DNA from: Sphyrna mokarran
Lineage: Eukaryota
Direction: 5' to 3'
DNA: 64,000 nucleotides
Assembly (NCBI GenBank): GCA_024679065.1
Contig: JAGIQG010000009.1
Coordinates: 95,790,001-95,854,000 of the forward strand
Shown: positions 51,141 to 62,467 of the stretch, one piece after another
Position numbering within the stretch: position 1 is the first letter of the stretch
Layout of the letters: each line of letters begins with the position of its first letter
The notes under the pieces: model-generated
What the model was told of the DNA's origin: nothing
Seen by the model: only the letters and a program-made list of their open reading frames with translations
The model's database searches: none
Position numbers and translations under genes: made by a program

Positions 51141-51237
51141 GGCTCACAGTGTGAACAGGGAAAAAAAAGTTGAGAAAATGGCCTTTCTTTGAAAAAGAGT
51201 TTCCTCCAAATGTTTCCCCAAAATAAGGGAAGCATCA

Positions 51238-51286
51238 ATGATTGGACTGATAGTGCTGGTCCTTCTGTATGGAGAGGTGTCTGCAG
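51238..51286 (+). CDS. Gene B exon 1, leader MIGLIVLVLLYGEVSA
   Basis: ATG, hydrophobic core, GTGAGT donor. Confidence 0.92.
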
Positions 51287-54200
51287 GTGAGTGATGGGGT
51301 TTGAGAGGGGCAATGCCAGGCTGGGTGGAGGTTTTGGTCTCGGTTTGGAATCAGTGTTTTGGGGTTCATGCCCTGATCTGTGTGTGTGAGGGTGTTGGTG
51401 TTTTTCGGGTGTATATCATGAATTCTCTCTCTCTCTATTTCAGCCTCTCACTCTCTCCGGTATTTCCTCACGGGAATGACTCCGATCCCGGGTCTCCCGG
51501 AGTTTGTGGGTGTCGGTTATGTGGACGGTGTCCAGTTTGTTGTGTACGACAGTGATCGGGTGGAGCTGATCCCCCGGGAGCAGTGGATGGTGGAGAGCGA
51601 GGGTCCGGCAGCCTGGGCGAGGAAGAAGATCCTCGCACGGGAGCAGGAGATGCACGCCAAACCTACTATTCCGCTCCTCATGTCCCGGAGCAACCAGACA
51701 GGAGGTGAGCGCTCACTCTCCCAACACCCGGGGATCCAGGCGGGAACGAGGAGAAACCCAGAGTGGATCAGGAACCGGGAGCCAGAGGCTGATTGGCTGC
51801 GATTGGAGATGTGACAGGAAATGTGATTGGCTGTGAATGTGTGGAGGGATTGAGGCTGGCTCTGATTGGCTGTGTGAGTGGGGGCGGGGGGAGGTGGCCG
51901 TCTAGTTAATGTTGATTGGCCATTTGGATGTGATTGCCCCGTGAGACTGGTTCTGATTGGCTGTGTGTGAGTGGGACTGTCTCTGATTGGCTGTTTGTGT
52001 TTCTGATCCACAGGGATCCATGTCTACCAGCTCATGACTGGCTGTGACCTGAGGGATGATGGAACCACGAGTGGATTCACCCAGTACGGGTGGGACGGAC
52101 GTGATTTGATCAGCTTCAACAAGAATCACATGGTGTGGGTGACCCCAGTGCCCTGGGGGGAGATCATCAAAAACAGCTGGGACCAGCAGACTGATGACAT
52201 TCAGGATTGGAAATACTACCTGGAGGTGGAGTGTATCGAGTGGCTGAGAAAATACCTGGAGTACGGACAGGGAGAATTGAGAGTCGGTGAGTGAGGGGGG
52301 AGTGAGAGTCGGTGAAGGGGGTGATGCCGGGACTCTCTATCTCGAGGTTCCTGTACTGACTCCTCTTTCTTTCTCTCTCAGTTGCCCCCGTCGTGTCCTT
52401 TACCCGTCTGGGTGATTCTAACCGGCTGTCCTGTGCCGTCACCGGGTTTTACCCTCAAGCCATCGAGGTGACCGTATGCAGAGACGGAGTGGTGATTGGT
52501 GAGACTCTGTCCACTGGGATCCTACCCAATCACGACAGCACCTACCAGATCCGGAAGTGGATCGAGTTTGATCCAGAGGACCGGGCCGAGTATTCCTGTC
52601 GGGTGGAACACAGCGGGATGAAGGAGACACTGGTGGTGATTTATGGTAAGACTGTTTCTCACTGTTAGAGAGGACCCAGCCTCAGACCAGGATCACAGGA
52701 GGGAGGATCAGTACTGAACTGTCAGCCCAGGACAGCCTGAGGCCTGGGTATAGAGAGAGGGAAATAAATATTAATCTTCAATGTGTTATATAATATGGCA
52801 CCACCTTTAGAGGGAAATAATTGTGTGTCTAATTTGATATAAAACATACTCCACTGTATCTTGCTGTATTATAGTGCAACAGGATCCAGTATGTTGTGGA
52901 ATATTACAGCATGGATACGGCCTGGTGTATCTTGGGATATTACAGCATGACAGGGAAATAACTGGGTTACAGGACCCATTGTGTTATTGGATATTACAGT
53001 GGGACAGGCTTCTGTGTAAAATGAGATCTTTTAGTTGGTCAGGGCCCAGTATATCCTGGGATATTCCAGTAGGGACAAAACCAAGTGTATCCTCGGATGT
53101 TACTGTGCACAAGGACCTGGTTTACTTGGGATATTAGAGTATACAGAGCCCAATGTGTCCAGGGATATTTTTGTACAACCATTTTAGAATGTTATTGTGG
53201 CACAGGTAGTAGTGGATCCTGGGATTACAATATGACAGAACCCAAAATATCATGGGATATTAATGTATATTAATGAGTATCTGGGATATTAGTGTAACAG
53301 AGCCTGGTGTATCCTGGGATGTTACAGTATAACACAGCCTAGTGTATCTGGGATATTATAGTGGAACATGATATAGTGTATCAGGAGGTATTACAATAGC
53401 ACAGAGTCTGACGAATCATTGGATATTAGAGTAAGTCTGGATTTGGGGTGTTCTAGAATATTACAGTATGGTGGGGCCCAGTGTATCTGGGATATTGCAG
53501 CCTGACAGGACCTAATGTATCCTGGGATACTGCACTAATATGGAATGCAGTGTATCCTGGCATATTGTAATAGGTCAAATCCTAATGTATTCTGGAATAT
53601 TGCAGCCTTACAGGGTCTGGTGTATCCTGGCATGTTACTGTATGTGATGACACAGAGTATCATAGGATATTACAGGAAGTTAGGGCCCAATGTCCTTGGG
53701 ATATTAGAGAGTAGACAGGGCCTGTTTTATCCTGGCATATTACAGAAGGTAGGGCCTGGTGTGCCTGGGGTATCAAGGCCCAGGATATCCTAGGAACAAT
53801 ACTTTTTACTGTGTACCAATACGTGACAATAATAAATCAAATATTACAGTACAACAGGACCCAATGCATTCTGGAAACTTACTTCAGTCAGATTAAGATC
53901 AGTATTCAGAAAAATAATGGAATTCCTTCTATTGTAGACAATTCATGAAAATCATTGCGTGTATGCCCCTTGTTAGACAACAAGGTGGACCAAAGCACCT
54001 GTCAGATAAAAACAAGTACATCAATTTCATCGTCTATTTACACACTTCCCAGGGACTCTCAAGGCTCATGATCCCTATGTTAAATCAGTTTTCTATATCC
54101 CTCCATTCCCATTCTGTTCATGTGTCCATCTAAATATCTCTTAAATAAGTCCAGAGTGCCTGCATCCGCCATTTTACTTGGCAGAACATTCCATACCCCC

Positions 54201-57200
54201 ACCACCTTCTGTGTGAAAAAACTCCCTCTAGCATCCAAATTATACCTTACTCCCCTCACCCTGAGCCCGTGACCCCTCATGCTATTCAAGTCCATCCTAG
54301 GAAAAAGCTTAACCCTGTTTACTCTATGTATACCCTCATAATCTTGTACACCTCTATTAGATCTCCTCTAAGTCTATGTCTTTCTAAGGAAAATAGCCCC
54401 ATTTTACCGAACCTCTCCTCATAACTCAGACCTTCCATACCAGGCAGCATCCTGGTAAACCTCCTCTGCACTCTCTCCAGAGTTTCCCATGCTTCCGGTA
54501 GTAAGGCGACCAGAACTGGATGCAGTATTCCAAATGATGTCTAACTAAAGTTTTATACAACTGTAACATTAAAGGCCAGCTCTTGTACTCTATATCCCTT
54601 CCTAAAAAGGCTAGCATACCATATGCTTTCTTCACAACTTTCTCCACTTGCTCTGCCACCTTCAGAGACTTGTGCACCTGCACCCCCACGTCCCTCTGCA
54701 TTTCTATACTCTTAATAGGTCTACCCTTTATCATATACTTCCCCCTTACATTCTTTCTGCCAAAATGCATCACCTCGCATTTATCAGGATTGAATTACAT
54801 CTGCCATCTGTCTGCCCAAGCTACCAGCCTATCTATATCCTACTGCATCGCCTGACAATGGTCCTCACTATCTGCAAGTCCAGCCATCTTTGTATCGTCT
54901 GCAAACTTGCTGATCACTCCACTTACTCCCTCTTCCAAGTCATTTATATGTATTACAAATAGAAGAGGTCCCAGTACTGAGCCCTGCGGCACACCACTAG
55001 TGACCGACCTCCAGCTAGAAAAACACCCTTCCACTATTACTCTCTGTGTCCTATTACTAAGCCAGTTACTTATCCATCTAGCTACCTGTCCTGTATCCCA
55101 TGAGCCTTGGCCTTTTCAACTAACCCCCCGTGAGGGACTTTGTCAAATGCCTTACTGAAATCCACATAGACGACATCAACTGCTCGCCCTTCATCGACCT
55201 CCCCTTAACGAAGCCATGCTGTGTATCCCTAATCAGATGGCAATGCTCTAAGTGCCTATACACCCTATCTCTAAGACCAGTATTTATTGCCCATCCCTAG
55301 ATGCCCTTGAGAAGGGGGTGGTGACAATGCTGTTAGGGAGGGAATTCTTAGATTTTGACCCAGTGACCTCAAAGGAACAGTGATACATTTCCAAATCAGG
55401 ATGGTGAGTGACTTGGAGAGGAACTTGCAGGTGGTGATCTTCCCATTTATCTGCTATCCTTGTCCTTCTAGATGGAAGTGGTTGTGTATTTGGAAGGTGC
55501 TGTCTAAGGATCTTCAGTGAAGTGCTGCAGTGCATCTTGTAGATAATGCGCACTGCTGCAACTGAGTGTCTATGGTACGTTGATTGAATGTTTGTAGATG
55601 TGGTGTCTGTCAAGTGGGCTGCTTTATCCTGGATGGTGTCAAGCTTTTTGAGTATTGTTGGAGGTGCACCCATCCAGGCAACTGGGGAGTATTGCATCAG
55701 GCTCCTGACTTGTGCTTTGTAGATGGTGAATAGGCTCTGGAGAGCTAGGAGGTGAGTATTTGCCACAGTATTTCTAGCCTCTGACCTGTCCTGCAGCCAC
55801 TATGTTTATGTGATGAGTCCAGTTGAGTTTCTGGTTAATGGTAACCCCAAGAATGTTTTCAGAGGTGGATTCAGTGCTGGTTACGCCATTGAATGTTAAG
55901 GGGAGGTGGTTAGAGTGTCTTTTATTGATGATGGTCATTGCCTGGCATTTGTGTGGCGCAAATGTTATTTACCACTTGTCAGCCCAAGCTTGGATATTGA
56001 CCAGACCTTATTGCATTTGAACATGGACTGCTTCAGTATCTGAGAAGTCGTGAGTGGTGCTGAACATTGTGCGATTATCGACGAACATCCCCACTTGCGA
56101 TCTTATGATGGAGGGAAGGTCATTGTGAAGCAGCTGAAGATTTTTGGGCCTCGGACACTACCCTGAGGGACTCCTGCAGAGATGTTGTGGAGCTGAGGTG
56201 ACTGACCCTGCACAACCACAACCATCTTCCTATGTACCAGGTCTGACTCCAACCAGCAGAGAGTTTGCTCCTCCTGATTCCAGTTTTGCTCGGGCTCCTT
56301 GATGCCTCAGTCGGTCAAATGTGGTCTTGATTTCAGGAGCTGTCACTCTCGTCTCACCTCTGGAATTCAGCTCTTTTGTCCATGTTTGAACCGAGGCTGT
56401 AATGAGGTCAGGAGCTGAGTGACTCTGGCAAAACCCAAACTGGGCATTGCTGAGCAGGTGCTGCATGATAACACTGTTGATAACCCCTTCCATCACTTTA
56501 CTGTGATCGATAGTAGACTGATTGGGCGAGAATTGGCTGGGTTGGGTTTATCCTGCTTTTTATGTCCAGGCCATACCTGGGCAATTTTCCACATTTTCCA
56601 CATTACACATGCCAGTGTCGTAACTGTACTGGAAGAGCTTGGCTTGGGGAGCAGCAAGTCCTGGAGCACAAGCCTTCAGTACTATTGGTGGAATGTTATC
56701 AAGGCCCATTGCCTTTGCAGTATCCAGTGCATCCAATCGTTTCTTGATATCACGTGAAGTGAATCGAATTACCTGGAGATTGATATCTGAGACGCTGGGG
56801 ACCACTGGAGGACGCTGAGATGGATCATCCACTCGGCACTTCAGGCTGAAGATTGCTGTGAAGACTTCGACTTTATCTTCTGCACTGATGTGTTGAGCTC
56901 CTCCATCATTCCACAATGATCAGTGTTGGGATCACTGTTATTCACAACTTACACTCCATAACTTGGATATTGGAATCAACAACATCATTTCTTAATTTAC
57001 AGTTAACACCAAATTGGGGGAAATATTTGATTTTGAGGAAAACGGGGATAAATTAAAAGGCCGGGAATAAATTTCATCAAATTGTTGATGAATGAAGTTC
57101 AGCACAGATATAAGTGAGGTATTTTTCAGTTAATGATGAATAGGGAGGTTTGATTAATAAAAGATCTTGGTGTACAAATATACCAATCAGTAAACATACA

Positions 57201-59409
57201 GTTACAGATTAGGCAAGAAACAAAATACAATCAAAAACCAGGTTTTATTTCTCGAGGAATAGAATTGTAAAGCAGGGATGTTATTTGCCAAACCTTGACG
57301 AGACCACATTTAAAGACCTGCTGTTCGGGTCACCATTTCATACAAAAGATATAGAGTCAGGAGAGAGATGTAGAGAAGATTTACAGAGATGATTCCAGAA
57401 ATGAGTGGGTGGACATCTCAGGAAAGGATTGACTGGCTGGGTCTCTGCTGTTGAGAAAACAGAAGGCTAAGGGTTGATCTAATTGAGGAGTTTAAAATTA
57501 TGAAGGGTTTTTTATAGAGCGGACACATTGAGAATGTTCCTGTTGTGAGAAGAGCATATCCAGTGGCCATCAATACAAGAAACCCAATGGGGAATTCATG
57601 AGAAACCTCTTCACCCAAAGAGTGATGAGAATGTGGAGCTCCCTGTCACAGGGAGTGACTGAACTGATCAGTATAGTGTAAGGGGAAGATAGACAAGCAA
57701 ATGAGGGAGAAGGGAATAAAATCATTGAATTAGACAAGGAAAGATGGGAGGAGCCTCAAGTGGAACATAAATACCAGCATCAACTGGTTGGGTTGAAAGG
57801 CCGTTTTCTAAGTCATATATCCTGTGTTTCCTGATTCAGTCCCTCTCTCTGATTTACTCTCACATTTTTCTTTCTTCTTCGCTCATTCTTACTCTCATAT
57901 TCTCTCTCTCTGTACTTTCTCTACCTCTCATTCACTCCCGCGTTCATTCTTAGATGCTAGCCCTCTCTCTCTCTCTCTCTCTCATTCTCTTTCTCTCTGA
58001 TTCTCACTTTTCCCTTTCTCTGATCCACTCAGTCTCTCTGATTTTCTCTCTCTCTAACAGAACCAAAGTCTCGCTCCCAGGTTGCTGTTACCGTCGGGAT
58101 TGTGGTCGGGGTCCTCGTGCTCATCGCTGTTGTCATCATTGTGGGGGTCGTCATCAACAACAAGAAAGGTAGGAATTGGAGGGAAAATAGCAGCTCCTCA
58201 CTGGGGGGAGGGATTCTGGGAGAGTATTCCAGAGTGGGAGTGGCTCAGGCTATGAGCCTGAGGTTGGTGTGGGGAGGCACAGAGTGGGTGGAAGAGCCCC
58301 AGAGTTGGGATAGGGAGGATAAGGGGCTCATGATAAGGGGGGCGTATCTGATTTATAGGAAGGGTCTCAGATTGCAAATGGAGTTCAGAGTATCAGTGAG
58401 GGTGTCAGGTCAGATTAAGGGTCCAAGGTGAAGCTGGTAATGAGGGTCTCAGGTCATGAGAGTTCAGAATTGTGTTGTAGGCGTTCAGTGCGACTGAGAG
58501 TTCCATTCTCTGTCTCTGATTTTCTTTCAGTCACTGAACATTCCTTGTTTTACAGGCAGAGGGAAGAGTGAGGCAATCCTGCAAAGAGTAAACTGATCAT
58601 CAAACACTGTGAGTGTGTGTGTATGTGAGTATGCATGTGTGTGTCACTGTCAATATATGTGTGAGAACCCCTTTCTTTCTCTGAGTCTCTCTCTCTCTCT
58701 CTGTCTCTCTTTGTCTCATAGGGATCATGAGCCTTGGGAGTCGTTGGGAAGTGTGTAAATAGATGATGATATTGATGTACTTGTTTTTATCCTATAGGTA
58801 CTTTGGTCCACCTTATTGTCTAACAAAGGGCATACACGCGACGGGTCATGAGGGGGCTAATCTTGGATTTTTTTCAAGAGTATCCTAGTGCTTCACATCG
58901 TTAGTGTACGCTTGATCTGGACCATTTGATGAGCAACACGACAGCTCAGTGACTATCGCTGATACATTTGCAGATACATGGATTTGGGTCTGTGTCTGTG
59001 GGAGTTTGCGCATTCTCCCCGTGCTTACGTGGGTTTTCTCCGGGTGCTCCGGTTTCCTCCCACATCCCAAAAATGTGCTCTTAGGCTAATTGGCAAAACA
59101 ATTTCTCCCTAAATTGTCTCAAATTTGGTTTTTAATCCATAGATCTATAAACATAGACAGAGATCACGGGTAGAGGTGGGAACATCGGGGTGGCGGCGTG
59201 GGCTCATTGGGCCGAAGGGCCTGTTTCCCATGCTGTTTTGTTCTTTGTTCTTTGTGCATTCTCTCTTTATCATGTCCACAGTCTCTGTCTCTGTGAAAAT
59301 GAAAAGTTTTTAATACCTCTTGTTCCTTTAACAGGTTCTGATGGTAGGATTCCTCTTCCAGATCTTCAAAGAAATCTTCGTCGCATTTCTGAGGGATGAA
59401 CAGTGTTGA
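51238..59409 (+). CDS. MHC class I heavy chain gene B (non-classical type); join(51238-51286,51444-51704,52014-52286,52382-52645,58061-58168,58556-58587,59335-59409); cytoplasmic tail frameshifted
   Basis: Exons 1-5 are open with canonical GT-AG phase-1 introns; exon 6 is 32 nt (33 in A) and exon 7 has another 1-nt deletion, so the C-terminus is uncertain. Confidence 0.88.
51444..51704 (+). CDS. Gene B exon 2, alpha1
   Basis: ASHSLRYFLTGMTPIPGLPEFVGVGYVDGVQFVVYDSD...MSRSNQTG. Confidence 0.95.
52014..52286 (+). CDS. Gene B exon 3, alpha2
   Basis: GIHVYQLMTGCDLRDDG...YGWDGRD...YLEVECIEWLRKYLEYG. Confidence 0.95.
52382..52645 (+). CDS. Gene B exon 4, alpha3
   Basis: LSCAVTGFYPQAIEVTVCRDG...YSCRVEHSGM. 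Confidence 0.95.
52850..53795. repeat. Degenerate tandem repeat (about 35-38-bp unit) in gene B intron 4
   Basis: Recurring GTGTATCCTGGGATATTACAG core; a shorter version lies in gene A at 19770-20055. Confidence 0.75.
54080..55275 (-). mobile_element. CR1 LINE insertion in gene B intron 4
   Basis: [32 protein letters not shown] and FFTQKVVGVWN on the minus strand. Confidence 0.9.
55278..56915 (-). mobile_element. Second LINE (CR1-group, different family), decayed RT
   Basis: LDTAKAMGLDNIP, KLFQYSYDTG, QFGF...SAPDLIT and IYKAQVRSLMQY on the minus strand. Confidence 0.8.
56917..57830 (+). mobile_element. Old CR1 remnant shared with gene A intron 4
   Basis: Collinear with 20523-21412. Confidence 0.7.
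58061..58168 (+). CDS. Gene B exon 5, transmembrane
   Basis: EPKSRSQVAVTVGIVVGVLVLIAVVIIVGVVINNKK. Confidence 0.92.
58556..58587 (+). CDS. Gene B exon 6 (1-nt deletion; YxxA motif lost)
   Basis: GCAGAGGGAAGAGTGAGG-CAATCCTGCAAAGA versus gene A GCAAAGGGAAGAACGACTACAATCCTGCAAATA; weaker GTAAAC donor. Confidence 0.7.
58717..59255 (+). mobile_element. Composite repeat: unassigned 5' part plus V-SINE core, in gene B intron 6
   Basis: V-SINE core GGAGTTTGCGCATTCTCCCCGTG...CCGGGTGCTCCGGTTTCCTCCCAC; the first 123 bp recur inverted at 53957-54079. Confidence 0.65.
59335..59409 (+). CDS. Gene B exon 7 (frame depends on splicing)
   Basis: ttaacag acceptor, homologous to A exon 7 with a 1-nt deletion; stop at 59399 or 59409 depending on phase. 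Confidence 0.6.
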   Translation, partial: VLMVGFLFQIFKEIFVAFLRDEQC

Positions 59410-59809
59410 TAAATATTGGGAACTGATCCTTCTAATCGGGACATTCTCGCTGAATTTAACTGTACAATCTGGTAGATGGGATATGAGTTAAGTGTTTGTC
59501 TCTCGCTATATAATCTAAAGAGCAGATCATTCAATCCAACACTGAGCTTTAAGACTGACCTTCTGGAGATGGCTGGTCCTGTTCAGTCTGAAGGTGGAGA
59601 AATTGTATTGAGGTGTTGAGACATCCAGAAGCATTCACCCTGGACAGCCTTTGCGAAGCTGTTCGATTTCCTAAAGAAAGTCAGAATTCCCAGAGTTTTC
59701 TCTGAAGTTGGCCACTGGAGTCTATCACTCCCACAGGATTTAACATCAGTTGTGTTTTATGATGAGTCTGATCATTTGCTGAATGTTTGGGGTGTGGAGT
59801 AGACTCAGG

Positions 59810-60268
59810 AGTTTAGTTGGTGTTTGGGGCTGTGATGGGTTTAGCTAGTGTTTGTTCATTTAATGGGTTAGCTGGTGTTTGGGGGCTCTGATGGGTTTAG
59901 CTGGTGTTTGGGGGCTCTGATGGGTTTAGCTGGTGTTTGGGGGCTCTGATGGGTTTAGCTGGTGTTTGGGGGCTCTGATGGGTTTAGCTGGTGTTTGGGG
60001 GCTCTGATGGGTTTAGTTGGTGTTTGGGGGCTCTGATGGGTTTAGCTGGTGTTTGGGGGCTCTGATGGGTTTAGCTGGTGTTTGGGGGCTCTGATGGGTT
60101 TAGCTGGTGTTTGCTGGTGTTTGGGGGCTCTGATGGGTTTAGCTGGTGTTTGGGGGCTCTGATGGGTTTAGTTGGTGTTTGGGGGCTCTGATGGGTTTAG
60201 CTGGTGTTTGGGGGCTCTGATGGGTTTAGCTGGTGTTTGGGGGCTCTGATGGGTTTAGCTGGTGTTTG
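59810..60268. repeat. 29-bp 3' UTR minisatellite of gene B (about 16 copies)
   Basis: GATGGGTTTAGCTGGTGTTTGGGGGCTCT near-perfect tandem units. Confidence 0.95.
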
Positions 60269-61595
60269 AGAGTAAGGTGATAAAACCATTACTGTGGAGA
60301 TGGAATAGATCATTTGACCCGTAAGCCTCGCTCCGCCATTCAATGAGAACATTACTGATCTCTTATCATAATCCAAAGTCCGCTTAATTCCCTTGTCCCC
60401 ATAACCGTTGATTCCCTTGCTATAAAAAGTTAAAACTACAGACAAATGTTGGAATTTTCAAGTTTTTTCATTCTGCATTTTATTTCATTTGTAACTTGTT
60501 CTCTGCTTGAAATAGCTGAATTATAACTATCACAGTAAAATTTAAGTATCTTTCCCATCTCAGCCTCAAACATATTGAAAAAGCCTACATCTACAGCCCT
60601 TTGTGGTAGTGGCTTCTACACATTCACTGTCCTCTGAAGGAAAATATTGTTACATATGTGACCCTTAACATCGAAAACTAATAATTCATGTAAACAACAG
60701 AAAGCAAAGGAGCAAGTGCCAAGCATTGTACAACCCACAATGGTGCCTACCATTTCCTCTCAGAAGTTCATTCCATTTTCTGAGCTGCCTTTAACAACCA
60801 CATGTTAATCTCCTTGGTTAATCTGTACCATTGTAACTGAAGGTTTGTATTGTTCCTCAAAATTGATACCAATAATTTTCCCACAACTTCTGCAATTGCT
60901 TTCCACCACTCCTGTAGCCAGGGAGGATTGATAAATGATGGAGTTTCCTGCAATTTCCATCCTTGGTTCTTTTAACATCCCAGTGCTTTACAAACTTTTT
61001 ACAAAACCTATTCACCAAAATGTCAAACCTATTATTCGTTTCTTTTTGCACTGTTTACCCCATTCCATCATTCACACACATCTCCCTGAACTACATCATT
61101 GTATTACCATCAGCTCCCTGTTTTCTGAAGTCAGTTTTGAATTATTCGTTCAGAACCTTCCCACATTCTCTCTAATCCTCACACAAGTTAGTATTTTGGT
61201 CTCCAGTGGTCCCCACTCTTTTCTTTGAGTCCGTCTTGCTCTTTATATATTCAAAAGACATTGTTGGATGTTCCTGAATTTTACGTGCAAGTACTTTTTC
61301 CATGCTCCCTCTTTGAGTTCCCAATTTCTATTTTAATTTCACCTATCCACCTTCTGAACTCCTCCAGCTTTCTGCAGTTTTAGGTATCAGGGATCTGATG
61401 GGTTTTGTTGGGAGTGTTCTGTGTCTTCTGGGTTTTCCCTCTTTCTGTAACAATGAATTTGTTTCTCTTCCTCAATGTTCTTCCATTTCCCAAACGGTGA
61501 TCCAGGAATGTCCCTGGAGAGAATGCATGAAGAAATCAGGATATTTAGTTCAAGGATTTGACAATGGAAAAGTCAAAAATGATCTATATATATCA

Positions 61596-61785
61596 GGGCG
61601 ACACAATGGTTAGTACTGCTACCTCACAGCGCCAGGGACCCAGGTTCGATTCCCAGGTTGGGTCACTGTGTGGGGAGTTTGCATGTTGTCCCCGTGTTTG
61701 TGTGGGTTTCCTCCAGGTGCTCTGATTTCTGCCCACAGTACAAAGATGTGCGGGTTAGGTGCATTAGCCATGCTAAATTGCACTG
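61596..61785 (+). mobile_element. HE1-like V-SINE (3'-truncated)
   Basis: GGTTAGTACTGCTACCTCACAGCGCCAGGGACCCAGGTTCGATTCC. Confidence 0.8.
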
Positions 61786-62467
61786 GATTTTTTTTAGTCT
61801 GCGCTGATTTGCTTTATTAAACCTGTACAGACCAAGGAATCCAAATTACCCACTGCTAGTTCACTCAGTGCTTTCATGTGAGGTGGAGTGAGCCGACAGT
61901 CAACAAGACAAGAAAGTATTATGTTTTTCTTTTGGTAATATGATTGTTGTATTTTTCATGCAGGAGAAAAGGTGACTGCGAGAATCTAAACCAAAACTAA
62001 GAAGCGATTTTGATATATATGTTAATGAAATTCCATTATGCTTCAATCAGCATTTTACATAAGTTACAGCAGGATTAATGGTGAATGGGTTATTTTAGTT
62101 CAAGGGCGATATATGCAAGTTGTAAAATATGTGTAACTAAGTAAAGCAGAGGTGGAGTAAGCTTACTTTTTTAAAAATCCTAAGACCTTTTGGAGACAAT
62201 AAAACTATAAGACCATAAGACTTTGTAAGGCCACTTTGTTACTGGAATTGTGGTGCTACTTAGTGCTTGATTTGACATAAACCTCAAATCCAACATTATC
62301 TCCATAACCCTTGATTCCTTTACTGATTAGAAATATGCCTATCTCAGCCTTGAATATATTTAATGACCCAATCTCTACAGCAGGAAAGAATTCCACAGAT
62401 TCTGCATCTTCTGAGAGAAGAAATCCCTCCTCATCTCTATTTTATGTGGACAACATGTTTACTGTCA

